A DNA stretch of 64,000 nucleotides from Lachnospiraceae bacterium Zagget2 (GCA_001941045.1 MSHD01000030.1:19528-83527), one strand, 5' to 3'. Shown: positions 47,421 to 57,137, counted from the stretch's first letter. Numbers and translations: made by a program. Notes: a model not told the origin generated them from the sequence alone.

Positions 47421-48329
47421 TTGAATCTGGAATATTTTCGCGAATTTGTCGTACTGGCTGACACTGCCAATTATTACGAGGCCGCGGACCGGCTTTATAT
47501 GGGAGAGTCCACCCTCTCAAAGCATATTAAGTCAATGGAGAAGGAACTCGGGGTCAGCCTGTTCGACCGCTCTACCCGCAAAATCGCCCTGACAAACTTC
47601 GGCAAGCTTCTTTTGCCCTACGCCAAGACCATCATGCAGGCGCAGTTCGATTACACCGCGGAGCTGGAAAATGAAGTAGAATCCCTGCGGGGCCGCGTCA
47701 CGGTCGGCACCATCTCCTCCACCGCAAAATATGGCATCACCGGTATCGTCTCCCGCTTTAAAAAGCTGCATCCGGACAGCACGGTCCGCATGTTCGAGGG
47801 TGATCCTGACGATCTGGTGACACAGCTCAACAGCCGCAAGTGCGACGTGATCTTCGCGCATCTGCCGGAGAGCGCTTCCGCGTCCATCGCCTTTGAGAGC
47901 ATTCATTACTGCGACGATTCGCTGGTCTGCATCCTGCCGCTCGATCACCCGCTCGCAGGCGAAAAGGTACTGCATCTCAATCAGCTTAAAGACGAAAACT
48001 TCGTCGTGCTGGCCGAGAATAGTACCATCCATAATCTCATTATAGACAGTTGTCACAGGGTTGGATTCTCGCCGAAGATGGCGTTTATCTGCCACAGAGT
48101 GGACAGCGTCCTGGATCTGGTGACGAAAGGAATGGGCGTCGCCCTCCTGACGGAATATCTGACTTTCCGCCCGGAAGACGGCAATTTCCCGGAGAATGCC
48201 CCCTTTGCCGTCGCCCACGTATTACCCGAGGTAAACGTGTCCGTCAATCTCTGCTACCGCAAAGGGGACAGGCTCTCGCCCATGGCGAGACAGTTCGTAG
48301 AACTGGTGAAAGACATGATAAAGGAATAG
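47421..48329 (+). CDS. LysR-family regulator divergent from the catabolic cluster
   Basis: TTG start after GGAG; YYEAADRLYMGESTLSKHIKSMEKELGVSLFDR. Confidence 0.92.
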   Translation: MNLEYFREFVVLADTANYYEAADRLYMGESTLSKHIKSMEKELGVSLFDRSTRKIALTNFGKLLLPYAKTIMQAQFDYTAELENEVESLRGRVTVGTISSTAKYGITGIVSRFKKLHPDSTVRMFEGDPDDLVTQLNSRKCDVIFAHLPESASASIAFESIHYCDDSLVCILPLDHPLAGEKVLHLNQLKDENFVVLAENSTIHNLIIDSCHRVGFSPKMAFICHRVDSVLDLVTKGMGVALLTEYLTFRPEDGNFPENAPFAVAHVLPEVNVSVNLCYRKGDRLSPMARQFVELVKDMIKE

Positions 48330-48335
48330 CACTGC

Positions 48336-49310
48336 CTATTTCAGATACGCTCTGAAAAAGTCCTCCATCTTGTCAAACGGAATAACGTCCATCCGGTCGT
48401 AGAGGTCCGTGTGAACCGCTCCCGGAATGATCATCAGCTCCTTGTTGTCGCCGGTCAGCTTCGCAAAAGCGTCCCTGCTGAAGTAGCAGGAGTGCGCCTT
48501 TTCGCCGTGAATGACGAGGACGGCGTTACGTATCTCCTGGCTGTACTGCAGGATCGGCATGTTGAGGAAGGACTCACAGCCCGTCACGTTCCAGCCGCCG
48601 TTGGAGTTCAGGCTGCGGGGATGATAGCCGCGCTCTGTTTTATAATAATCATAATAGTCCTTCACGAAGAACGGCGCGTCCTCCGGCAGCGGGTCGACCA
48701 CACCGCCGCCCAGCGCGTAGCTGCCGTTTTTGTAGTCCTCGATGCGCTGCGCGCAGAGCGCCTTGCGCTTCTCATAACGGGCTTCCTCGCTGTCCTCACT
48801 GTCAAAGTAACCCTTCGCGTTCACGCGGGTCATGTCGTACATGGTGGAGGCCACGGTCGCCTTGATACGGGTGTCCAGCGCCGCCGCATTGAGCGCCATG
48901 CCGCCCCAGCCGCAGATGCCGATGATGCCGATCCGTTCCGGGTCCACCTCGGTCTGCACGGACAGGAAATCCACCGCCGCCATGAAATCCTCCGTATTGA
49001 TATCCGGGGATGCCATGTAGCGGGGCTGTCCGCCGCTCTCGCCGGTGTAGGAAGGGTCGAAGGCGATCGTCAGGAAGCCCCGCTCCGCCATCGTCTGTGC
49101 GTACAGGCCGGAGGACTGCTCCTTCACCGCGCCGAAGGAACCGCATACCGCGATGGCCGGGAGCCTGCCGGATGCATCCTTCGGCTCGTAGAGATCAGCC
49201 GCCAGCGTGATGCCGTAGCGGTTGTAAAACGTCACTTTTCTGTGGTTTACCTTGTCACTTTTCGGAAATACTTTATCCCATTCCATTGTCAGGTTCAGTT
49301 TTTCTTCCAT
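48336..49310 (-). CDS. Alpha/beta hydrolase (YcjY/COG1073-like)
   Basis: FYNRYGITLAADLY, GAVKEQSSGLYA, GICGWGG, IHGEKAHS, AVHTDLYD; start reset to MEEKLNL. Confidence 0.85.
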   Translation of the reverse strand: MEEKLNLTMEWDKVFPKSDKVNHRKVTFYNRYGITLAADLYEPKDASGRLPAIAVCGSFGAVKEQSSGLYAQTMAERGFLTIAFDPSYTGESGGQPRYMASPDINTEDFMAAVDFLSVQTEVDPERIGIIGICGWGGMALNAAALDTRIKATVASTMYDMTRVNAKGYFDSEDSEEARYEKRKALCAQRIEDYKNGSYALGGGVVDPLPEDAPFFVKDYYDYYKTERGYHPRSLNSNGGWNVTGCESFLNMPILQYSQEIRNAVLVIHGEKAHSCYFSRDAFAKLTGDNKELMIIPGAVHTDLYDRMDVIPFDKMEDFFRAYLK

Positions 49311-49333
49311 AATAAATACCTCACTTTCGATTT

Positions 49334-49843
49334 TTATTTCAAAATGCCATACTGGCTGTCCGGAGCCGCGTCCTCCGCCCATTTTTTCAGTTCCGCGGCG
49401 CTCTGCCTGCCGTTCAGGAGTTTGCCGACTACGATTTCCGTATCCGATGATACGGATGCTTTCAGGGCATCCGCGGTGCGCCCGAATCCGCTGCCGCCGG
49501 AAGTGGCAAAGAGGATGATCTTCTTTCCAGAAAAATCATAGCTTTCCAGGAAGGTGTTGACAATCGTGGGCGCGACGCCCCACCAGATCGGAAATCCCAG
49601 AAAGATCGTATCATATTCCGCAATACCGGCACTCTGATCTGCAAGCGCGGGTCGGCTGGAAAGATCGTTCATCTCCACCGAGCTGCGCGACTTTTTGTTC
49701 GTCCAGTCCAGATCCGCATTGGTATAAGGCACCTGCGGCCGGATCTCATATATGTCCGCGTCCGCTGCCTGCGCCAGTGCCTTTGCCGCAGCTGCGGTCA
49801 CACCGCTGGCTGAAAAATATGCCACTAACTTTTTATCTGCCAC
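49334..49843 (-). CDS. Flavodoxin
   Basis: VAYFSASGVT, FLGFPIWWG, FATSGGSG. Confidence 0.9.
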   Translation of the reverse strand: MADKKLVAYFSASGVTAAAAKALAQAADADIYEIRPQVPYTNADLDWTNKKSRSSVEMNDLSSRPALADQSAGIAEYDTIFLGFPIWWGVAPTIVNTFLESYDFSGKKIILFATSGGSGFGRTADALKASVSSDTEIVVGKLLNGRQSAAELKKWAEDAAPDSQYGILK

Positions 49844-49873
49844 AATATGGTCCTCCTTTTCTACTATCTTGAT

Positions 49874-49947
49874 TCTATCTTATACCCCATACAAAGCAAT
49901 GGCAAATACTTAATTTCTATTTCTGGTTATTCCAAAAAACAATATCT
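49874..49947 (-). promoter_or_regulatory. Promoter copy A of a duplicated 74-bp element
   Basis: Minus strand TTGCCA-N17-TAAGAT with upstream GAATAACCAGAAATAGAAA; near-identical to 54671-54744. Confidence 0.8.
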
Positions 49948-50789
49948 TACTTTGCGAATGTCATGAACCATTCCACGGTCTGCGGATCATAATGGGAGAA
50001 GAACAGGCTCTGCGCAGTATCCAACGCTTCCAGCTTCGCCATATCCCCCGCACTCAGCTCAAAGTCAAACACATCGAAATTCTCGACCATGCGTTCCTTA
50101 TGCGTAGACTTCGGGATCACCACCACGCCGCTTTGGAGCAGAAAGCGGAGAGCTGTCTGCGCCGGAGTCTTTCCATATCCGGAGGCGACCTCCTTCAGAA
50201 CCGGATTATGGAAATAATCGTTCTTTCCCTCCGCGAAGGGACCCCAAGATTCGATCTGCGTCCCGTATTTCTGCATCACGGCCTTGGCAGTTTTCTGCTG
50301 CTGGAAAAGATGCGTTTCTACCTGATTGACCGCCGGCGCGATCTCGCAGAAATTGGCGATGTCAATAAAACGATCCGGATAAAAATTGGAAACGCCGATG
50401 GCACGCACCTTGCCCTCCCTACAGGCCTCCTCCATCGCCCGGTACGTTCCGTAATAATCGCCGAAAGGCTGATGGATCAGAAGCAGGTCGATATAGTCGC
50501 TGCGCAGCTTTTTCAGAGAATCCGCGATGGAAGCCTTCGCTTTTTCATAGCCTGCGTTGCTGATCCATACCTTCGTGGTGATAAACAGTTCCTCACGTGG
50601 AAGTCCGCATTTCTGAATGGCAGCGCCCACGCCTTCTTCGTTATAGTAAGCCTGCGCCGTATCGATAGAGCGGTAGCCTACGGAAATGGCATCCAGCACA
50701 CAGCGCTCCGTCTCCTCCGGCGGCGTCTGGTAGACCCCGTATCCAAGCTGCGGCATTTTTACCCCATTATTCAATGTCACATAATTCAT
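49947..50789 (-). CDS. Aldo/keto reductase
   Basis: GYRSIDTAQAY, ITTKVW, LLIHQP, IGVSNF, IPKSTHKERMVEN. Confidence 0.93.
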   Translation of the reverse strand: MNYVTLNNGVKMPQLGYGVYQTPPEETERCVLDAISVGYRSIDTAQAYYNEEGVGAAIQKCGLPREELFITTKVWISNAGYEKAKASIADSLKKLRSDYIDLLLIHQPFGDYYGTYRAMEEACREGKVRAIGVSNFYPDRFIDIANFCEIAPAVNQVETHLFQQQKTAKAVMQKYGTQIESWGPFAEGKNDYFHNPVLKEVASGYGKTPAQTALRFLLQSGVVVIPKSTHKERMVENFDVFDFELSAGDMAKLEALDTAQSLFFSHYDPQTVEWFMTFAK

Positions 50790-50879
50790 ATTCTTTTCTC
50801 CTTTCCGTTCGTCGGATTTCTTTACAATTTGGAATTTACAGCGAAATCAAAAGAATGTACAATAGCAATATCGGAATCT

Positions 50880-50900
50880 ACTATTCTTATGATGAATAGT
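50880..50900. promoter_or_regulatory. Likely LysR operator between AKR and its LysR
   Basis: ACTATTC-TTATGAT-GAATAGT dyad containing T-N11-A. Confidence 0.65.
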
Positions 50901-50921
50901 AAAAATGAAAGGAGACAGACC

Positions 50922-51761
50922 ATGCTGAATCTCTGCGAACTGGAACAGCTCTGTGCATTCGCCAGATACGGGACTTTATCAAAGGCGGCGGAAGAGATGC
51001 ATATCTCCCAGCCTACGCTGACCCGCAGCATGCAACATCTGGAGGAAGAATTTGGCGTCGCGTTGTTTGTACATGGAAAAAACCGCCTTTCGCTCAATGA
51101 AACGGGCGAAAAAGCGGTCGAATATGCCACTGCTCTTCTGGCGAACGCGGAAAACGCTGTGCTGCAGGTTCGCCGGTTTGACCAGAGCCTGCGCACGATC
51201 CTTGTGGAATCCTGCGCCCCCGCTCCGCTCTGGAGCCTGCTGCCGGCGCTTTCGGAGCAGTTTCCTGAAAAAACGATCTCCTCGCGGCTCGAGGATATCC
51301 GCCTGATTTTATGCCATGTAAAGGACAAAAGCTGCGAGATCGGCATCCTGCCTGGTCCTGCGGAGGATGAGGCGGTCGAAAGCCTTCCCTTCGTCCGCGA
51401 GGAGCTCTCCGTCTGCCTGCCCCCGGACCACGCGCTGGCGAGCCAGTCTTCCATCACTCTGGAAATGCTGAACGGCTATAATTGCCTGCTGAAATCAGAC
51501 ATTGGCTTCTGGAGCGAGCTCTGCCGCAAAAGGATGCCGGCGTCCCGATTTCTGGTGCAGACCGATGAATTTGAGTTCCGGGAGCTGGCCTCGAGCTCCA
51601 CGCTGCCTTATTTCGTCACGAACCTTGCGCTGGAGGCGGATTTTGTGAAGGGACGGGTTGTCATCCCTGTTTCAGACATGGAGGCCAACGTCACGTTTCA
51701 CCTAATTTTCCGAAAAGAGAACCGGAACTATCAGAAAATTATGCGCCGTCGGTTTCCCTGA
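50922..51761 (+). CDS. LysR-family regulator
   Basis: RBS AAAGGAG, MLNLCELEQL..LSKAAEEMHISQPTLTRSM; the 589-aa ORF call is over-extended. Confidence 0.9.
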   Translation: MLNLCELEQLCAFARYGTLSKAAEEMHISQPTLTRSMQHLEEEFGVALFVHGKNRLSLNETGEKAVEYATALLANAENAVLQVRRFDQSLRTILVESCAPAPLWSLLPALSEQFPEKTISSRLEDIRLILCHVKDKSCEIGILPGPAEDEAVESLPFVREELSVCLPPDHALASQSSITLEMLNGYNCLLKSDIGFWSELCRKRMPASRFLVQTDEFEFRELASSSTLPYFVTNLALEADFVKGRVVIPVSDMEANVTFHLIFRKENRNYQKIMRRRFP

Positions 51762-52320
51762 TCTTTTTAATCACCACCGCCGGCACCCCGGCCACCACCG
51801 TATCCGGCGGGACATCCTTTGTCACCACCGCGCCCGCAGCTACAACGGCGCGATCGCCTACCGTGACGCCCGGAAGAATCGTGGCATGCGAGCCGATCCA
51901 CACTTTGTTGCCGATATGGATGCCCCTGGGAATATTGCAGCTGCGGTTTGCCGGATCCAGGTCGTGATTGATGGTGGCCATGACAACGTAGGAACCGATT
52001 AAAACGTCGTTCCCGATATAGATGCCGCCCTGATCCTGAAAATGGCAACACATGTTGATAAAGACGCGTTTTCCGATAAACAGATTTTTTCCGCACTCGG
52101 TATAGAGCGGCGGAAACAGGCAGAATGAATCGTCGATTTCACTTCCCGTCAGCTGCCCCATCAGTCTGCGGATTTCATCCGGCTCGTGGTAGCCCTGGTT
52201 CAAAACAGACGTTACTTTAAACGCATCCCGCGACATCTGTATCATGATCCGATGCCCTTCGGAACCGCCCTGCACGGGGATGCCGCTGCGCAGCTCCTGC
52301 AGTAATTCATTTTGTTCCAT
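51739..52320 (-). CDS. Sugar O-acetyltransferase (maltose-acetyltransferase-like)
   Basis: LFPPLYTECGKN, FQDQGGIYIG, hexapeptide repeats, GAVVTKDVP. Confidence 0.88.
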   Translation of the reverse strand: MEQNELLQELRSGIPVQGGSEGHRIMIQMSRDAFKVTSVLNQGYHEPDEIRRLMGQLTGSEIDDSFCLFPPLYTECGKNLFIGKRVFINMCCHFQDQGGIYIGNDVLIGSYVVMATINHDLDPANRSCNIPRGIHIGNKVWIGSHATILPGVTVGDRAVVAAGAVVTKDVPPDTVVAGVPAVVIKKIRETDGA

Positions 52321-52341
52321 ACTTTTCCGTTCTCCTGCTTG

Positions 52342-52866
52342 TTATTTCAGATTTCTCCCCAGTGTTTCTGCCTCCTGCAATTTTTTCCTGTTGACTCCAC
52401 CGGCCACTGTGATGACTCCCATGTCCTGCAGTCCGAGGTAATCCAGGAAATCGCCCTCGTAGGAAAAGGCAGCGCCTTTGTACATATCTGCGTCGCTGGA
52501 ACATAAGATCATCGCGACCTTTTTCAGCTTTGCCGGTCTAACCGGATACGCCGCTGAATAGAAGCGGTCAATCGTGCATTTCAGTTGTCCCGAAATACCG
52601 TGATAGTAAATGGGCGACGCAATCACCAGCATCTCCGCTTCCTTCAGGAGACCGTAAACCTCCTGCATGTCGTCTTTCTGGATGCATGCTCCACGCCCTT
52701 TTGTGTGGCAGTATTCGCAGGCAAGACAGCCGTGGATGTTTTTCTTGCAGACATTTACTATATCTACATGGTGGCCGCTCTGTTCCGCCCTCTTTGCGAA
52801 AGCGTCGATCATCTGTTTTGTATTTCCATTTGGACGCGGGCTTCCGTTGAGAACCAAAATTTTCAT
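52342..52866 (-). CDS. Flavodoxin-like / iron-sulfur flavoprotein (FMN reductase family)
   Basis: LNGSPRPNGNT, CLACEYC..ACIQKDDM, ASPIYY. Confidence 0.88.
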   Translation of the reverse strand: MKILVLNGSPRPNGNTKQMIDAFAKRAEQSGHHVDIVNVCKKNIHGCLACEYCHTKGRGACIQKDDMQEVYGLLKEAEMLVIASPIYYHGISGQLKCTIDRFYSAAYPVRPAKLKKVAMILCSSDADMYKGAAFSYEGDFLDYLGLQDMGVITVAGGVNRKKLQEAETLGRNLK

Positions 52867-52891
52867 CCTATTTTATACCTCCGTTAAAAGT

Positions 52892-54415
52892 TTAATACCA
52901 GTCATGCTTTTCATTCCGGTCCAGCGCGTTTATCTGCTCCATCTCCTCATCCGTCAGCTCAAAGCCAAACAGATCGAGATTCTCCCGGATATGCTCCGGA
53001 TCGCTGGAGCCGGGAATGACCACAACGCCTTTCTGCAAATTCCACCGCAGGATTACCTGGGCAGAAGAAACGCCGTGAGCCTCAGCGATGGCGGAAATGG
53101 TTTCATCCCCAAGCAGCTCCGCTGTATGCCCGCGTCCGCCGAGTGGATACCAGCCCTGCACGACAATCCCAAGGGACTGAATGTAGGGAATCACGTCATT
53201 TTCCTGATAATAGGGATGGATTTCGTTCTGCACCAGCGCCGGGGTGATGTTCACCTGCGGAAGAAACTCCTCCAGTTCTTCCACATACCAGTTGGACAGG
53301 CCAATCGAATGCACCTTGCCGTCTGCGACCGCCTGCTCCAGCGCCAGATAGGCCTCCACATCGCCGTCTCCCGGATGATGCAGGAGAATCATGTCGATAT
53401 AGTCCAGCCCCATCTTCTCCAGAGCTTCGTCAATGGCCTCCGCCGCATGGTCAAACTGATTGGGATAGAGCTTGGTAATCACGAAAATTTCTTCCCGCGG
53501 CACATCCGAGTCCCGGACGGCCTGCCCGACCGCCGCCTCATTGCCGTACATATAAGCGGTATCGATCAGCCGTCCACCGGCTTCCAGCAGCGCCGCAATG
53601 GAGACTGCACATTCCTCATCCGTCAGGCTGTAGGTCCCAAGTCCCATGATCGGCATTTCATAGCCGCTGTTCAGCAACACGGTCTTCGTCTCAAAATCAA
53701 ATTCGCCCACACTGCGCACCTCACTTTCCGATAATTCCAGACTGTCTACCCATTCGATCACGTCATTTTCCGTGGCATCCCCGGAGAAGCGCCGCCCCTC
53801 CATCCAGGTGACGGTATCGGCGCAAAGGCTGTGGAGATTTTCAGCGCTGGAGCCGATGCCGCTGCTGTGGGAGGTGCAGAAGGGAATGATCGTCACATCC
53901 GAGAAATCATAGCTCTCCAGAAAGGTGCTGATGATCCGCGGTGCCTCCCCGTGCCAGATGGGATAGCCGAGGAAGATCACGTCGTACTGCCCGATGTTCT
54001 CCACGCTGCCGGAGATCGCGGGCCTTGCAGAGTCATCCGCCTGCTCCTGGTCGGCGCGCCCGCCGGTATAATACGCCAGATCTTCCTCCGTATAAGGATC
54101 CTCCGCTACGATTTCGTAACTGTCCGCACCGGTCTCGTCGATGATCCACCGGGCGATCTGCTCCGTCGTGCCGGTGCAGGAGAAATACGCAACCAGAATA
54201 TTGTCGCCGGAAGAGACGCTGCCGGAATCTTCCCCACTGCTCTCCTCTTCCACTGCACCCGTTTCTTCTGCTTCGCTCTCTGCTTCTGATTGACTTTCCA
54301 CGGCCGAAATAGCGTCGCTTCCAGAATCCGATGATGACTCCGCATTTCCGGAACCACACGCCGCCAGTCCTGTGATCATACAAATCAAAAGAACAAATGT
54401 GATAAATCGCTTCAT
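52892..54415 (-). CDS. Lipoprotein: flavodoxin fused to aldo/keto reductase
   Basis: Lipobox GLAAC; flavodoxin VAYFSCTGTT..FLGYPIWHG; AKR LIDTAYMY, VITKLY, LLHH, IGLSN, VIPGS. Confidence 0.85.
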   Translation of the reverse strand: MKRFITFVLLICMITGLAACGSGNAESSSDSGSDAISAVESQSEAESEAEETGAVEEESSGEDSGSVSSGDNILVAYFSCTGTTEQIARWIIDETGADSYEIVAEDPYTEEDLAYYTGGRADQEQADDSARPAISGSVENIGQYDVIFLGYPIWHGEAPRIISTFLESYDFSDVTIIPFCTSHSSGIGSSAENLHSLCADTVTWMEGRRFSGDATENDVIEWVDSLELSESEVRSVGEFDFETKTVLLNSGYEMPIMGLGTYSLTDEECAVSIAALLEAGGRLIDTAYMYGNEAAVGQAVRDSDVPREEIFVITKLYPNQFDHAAEAIDEALEKMGLDYIDMILLHHPGDGDVEAYLALEQAVADGKVHSIGLSNWYVEELEEFLPQVNITPALVQNEIHPYYQENDVIPYIQSLGIVVQGWYPLGGRGHTAELLGDETISAIAEAHGVSSAQVILRWNLQKGVVVIPGSSDPEHIRENLDLFGFELTDEEMEQINALDRNEKHDWY

Positions 54416-54416
54416 A

Positions 54417-54659
54417 CTACCCCTCCTTTTTGTTCAGCCTGTTTACGAGATAGTCCAGACAGTCCAGCTTTTTCTGCTCCGCATGAATGCAGTTCAGCAA
54501 ATCCCTGCGACTGCTTTGCAGCAGAAACAACAATTCTCTTTCCCGTCCTTCTTTCTTAAGCAGGACACAGCGGGAAATCGTCTCCTCCCCAAAGCCAATG
54601 TCCCTGAGATTTTCATAAAAGCACTGTGCCTCATTGTTCGCTTCCGGCATGTCTGCCAC
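54417..54659 (-). CDS. Small conserved helical protein
   Basis: ENLRDIG..LL..HAEQKKLDCLDYL; RBS GAGGGAGG; first gene after promoter copy B. Confidence 0.7.
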   Translation of the reverse strand: MADMPEANNEAQCFYENLRDIGFGEETISRCVLLKKEGRERELLFLLQSSRRDLLNCIHAEQKKLDCLDYLVNRLNKKEG

Positions 54660-54670
54660 CTCCCTCGAGG

Positions 54671-54744
54671 TCTATCTTATATGGTGACAGAAAGAATGGC
54701 AAATATTTAGTTTCTATTTCTGGTTATTCTCGAAAGGAATATCT
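54671..54744 (-). promoter_or_regulatory. Promoter copy B of a duplicated 74-bp element
   Basis: TTGCCA-N17-TAAGAT with the same upstream motif and identical spacing as 49874-49947. Confidence 0.8.
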
Positions 54745-55121
54745 ATTTGTAACCACCCTTGTCCAGGAAAATCAGGGAGTATATTAGGGCTCTTTCGCCT
54801 GGCAAATAAACTGTTTTACCTTGCGAAACGGGATTATTTTGATATAATACTTAAGGAAAGTATCAGATTCAGAGCAGACGAAAAAAAGCAATTCTGAGAA
54901 AACTCTGAACTGCTCTGAATGTGATTCTTTCCTATTGTACCGGGGAGCGGACGTGTAGCCAAAATATATGGGGATTGAATATTTGTCCCTTCCGCATTTT
55001 GCAGCTCTGGACAGTAAAGCGATGTAGTTACACGTTGTATTTTGCCGATGTGCAAACTGTTTACTGGCGTGCCAACCAGACCCTCTGCTGAGAGTCCGAA
55101 AAAAGTATGAAGTTCCCCTGT

Positions 55122-56271
55122 TTAATTAAGCATGGCAAATGTACGTCCGGCATGGCGCATGGAGCAACAGCCACAGCAGGGACAGGTTCGAATGTCATAG
55201 CCCCACACCAGATTCAGAACCTCACCCATGTTTTTGCCGGTGAGGAGGGAAGAAAATCTCAGGTGTCCCTGTATTCTGACAATGACCTTCAGGTTTTCCT
55301 TCTTGCAGCGGTTGTTCAGGAAGCCGTAATAACGGATCTTCTGGAAACCATGGGGCAGCACATGCATCATCAGCCGACGGATAAATTCTTTATTTTTCGA
55401 TGGTAACTGTTGTTGTTTCGCCGCTCTTGTAGTCCCTGGCAGAAAAAGACACATGGGTCGGGGTAACTGCCTGAATGCGTGAGTTGGTGATGGCGATACG
55501 GTGGGTGTAACGCCCCAGGTATTCAATGGCATTGCCAAAGCCGTTGAAGGTTTCCTTGATGTAAGGACACCAGTCTTTGTGATACAGAGAATCGCGGAAT
55601 TCACTCCAGGTATAGGAATTGCGCAGCTTTTCACAGGATTTTAAAAACAGAAGTTCCTGCGAAACAGCCATCTCCTGGAGATAAGCGAGGAACTTCCCGC
55701 GGAATTTTCTGCCGAGCACTTTGACAGGGATAAAAAACGCATTCTTGGATTTCCGAAGTTTCAGGTCCTTTGTCAGCCCACCGCCTGTGACAATGCAGTG
55801 GATATGCGGGTGGTAATTCAGGTCCTGCCCCCACGTGTGCAGGACCTGGATAATGCCGGGGGTAGCCCCAAGGTATTTCTGGTCGGTGGCGAGCTCCAGA
55901 AGCGTTTCAGCAGCACAGCGGTGCAAAAGGGAATAGAGGCGTTTCTGGTTGGCATAAATCAAAGGGTTCAGCTCTGCAGGGACGGTAAAGACCACATGGA
56001 AGTAAGGAGTGTCAATGATTTCTGACTTTCTGGCGTCGACCCATACTTCCTTGAGGATGGCCTGGCAGTTCGGGCAGTTGCGGTTCCGGCAGGAATTATT
56101 GTGGAATTCCTGGTGGCCGCATTCCCCACAGATGCTGATGTTGCAGCCGAGAGCGCCGGATTTACACTGCATGATAGAATGGGCAGCCTTTTGCTGTACA
56201 CCGGAGGGGTGGAAGGACTGGCAGAAATCATGCCAGCCATAGGAAAATATCTGTTGGATTCTGCCCTGCAT
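55122..56271 (-). pseudogene. IS91-family Y2 transposase, split by a frameshift
   Basis: CGHQEF..SCRNRNCPNCQ zinc motif, HUH YHPHIH, YLGRY, EFIRRLMMHVLP.GF.KIRYYG; extra A in A-run at about 55393-55397. Confidence 0.88.
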
Positions 56272-57137
56272 CAGGAACTCCTCCCCATGGCGGGATGGTC
56301 GAAGGGGCTGACAGCCTTGCCGATGCCATTTCCGGCAAGATGGACATAGATCGTGGTGGAATTCAAAGATTTGTGTCCAAGGAGAGCTTTAATGGTGAGA
56401 AGATCCGTCCCATCCTCGTAGAGGTGTGTGCCAAAGGCGTGGCGGAGGGAATGGCAGGTAATACGCTCCGGCCAGCCGAGGGAACGCTCCACGGCATGGA
56501 TGTGCCAGGAGAGGTAGAACGTGTCAATGGGACGGGATGGGTCCCGCTGCTTCGGGAAAAGCCAGCCCATGGGTTTTCCAAAAGCGAACCAGTACTGTGT
56601 GAGGATGTCAAGTGCATTGGCGGAAAGGATGGCATAACGGTCAGAGCGGTTTTTGCCATGGCAGATATGGATGCGCATGTTTTTACGCTCGATATCCACA
56701 TAGCGGAGATGGCAGAGCTCGCCAATGCGCAGGCCGGAAGAATACATGAGTGCAGTCATGGCTTTCAGCTTCAGGTTCGGCATGGCTTCGATCAGGACAG
56801 CCACTTCCTGTCGGGATGGGACAAAAGGAAGATACTCATCAAACCTGCGCATGGGGAGTTGGGTATCATCCCAGGGTCTGTGCAGGACATACAGGGTGAA
56901 GAAACGCAGTTGGGAGATGACACAGTTAATGGTGCGGTCGGAGAGATTCCTGGAGCGCTGGAGCCAGCGGACAAAGTCACGCAGTTCCGCCCAGGAGACA
57001 TCCTCCGGGGATTTACAGAGGACAGAAGAAAGATAGTCAAGATAAGCACGGATATAAGTGCAATAGCTTATCAGGGTGTGGCCGGTGAGGCCACGCAGGG
57101 AAACCATCTCCCGAAAAACAGTTAAATAATCGTCCAT
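56271..57137 (-). CDS. Tyrosine recombinase (integrase/XerC-like)
   Basis: MYSSGLRIGE, HGKNRSDR, HSLRHAFGTHL, LLGHKSLNSTTIY; RBS AAAGGAG; start reset to MDDYLTV. Confidence 0.92.
   Translation of the reverse strand: MDDYLTVFREMVSLRGLTGHTLISYCTYIRAYLDYLSSVLCKSPEDVSWAELRDFVRWLQRSRNLSDRTINCVISQLRFFTLYVLHRPWDDTQLPMRRFDEYLPFVPSRQEVAVLIEAMPNLKLKAMTALMYSSGLRIGELCHLRYVDIERKNMRIHICHGKNRSDRYAILSANALDILTQYWFAFGKPMGWLFPKQRDPSRPIDTFYLSWHIHAVERSLGWPERITCHSLRHAFGTHLYEDGTDLLTIKALLGHKSLNSTTIYVHLAGNGIGKAVSPFDHPAMGRSS

Noticed and set aside
49992-50921. 589-aa LysR with a long N-terminal extension
   Set aside because: The extension is the antisense of the AKR gene; the real start is ATG 50922 with an RBS.
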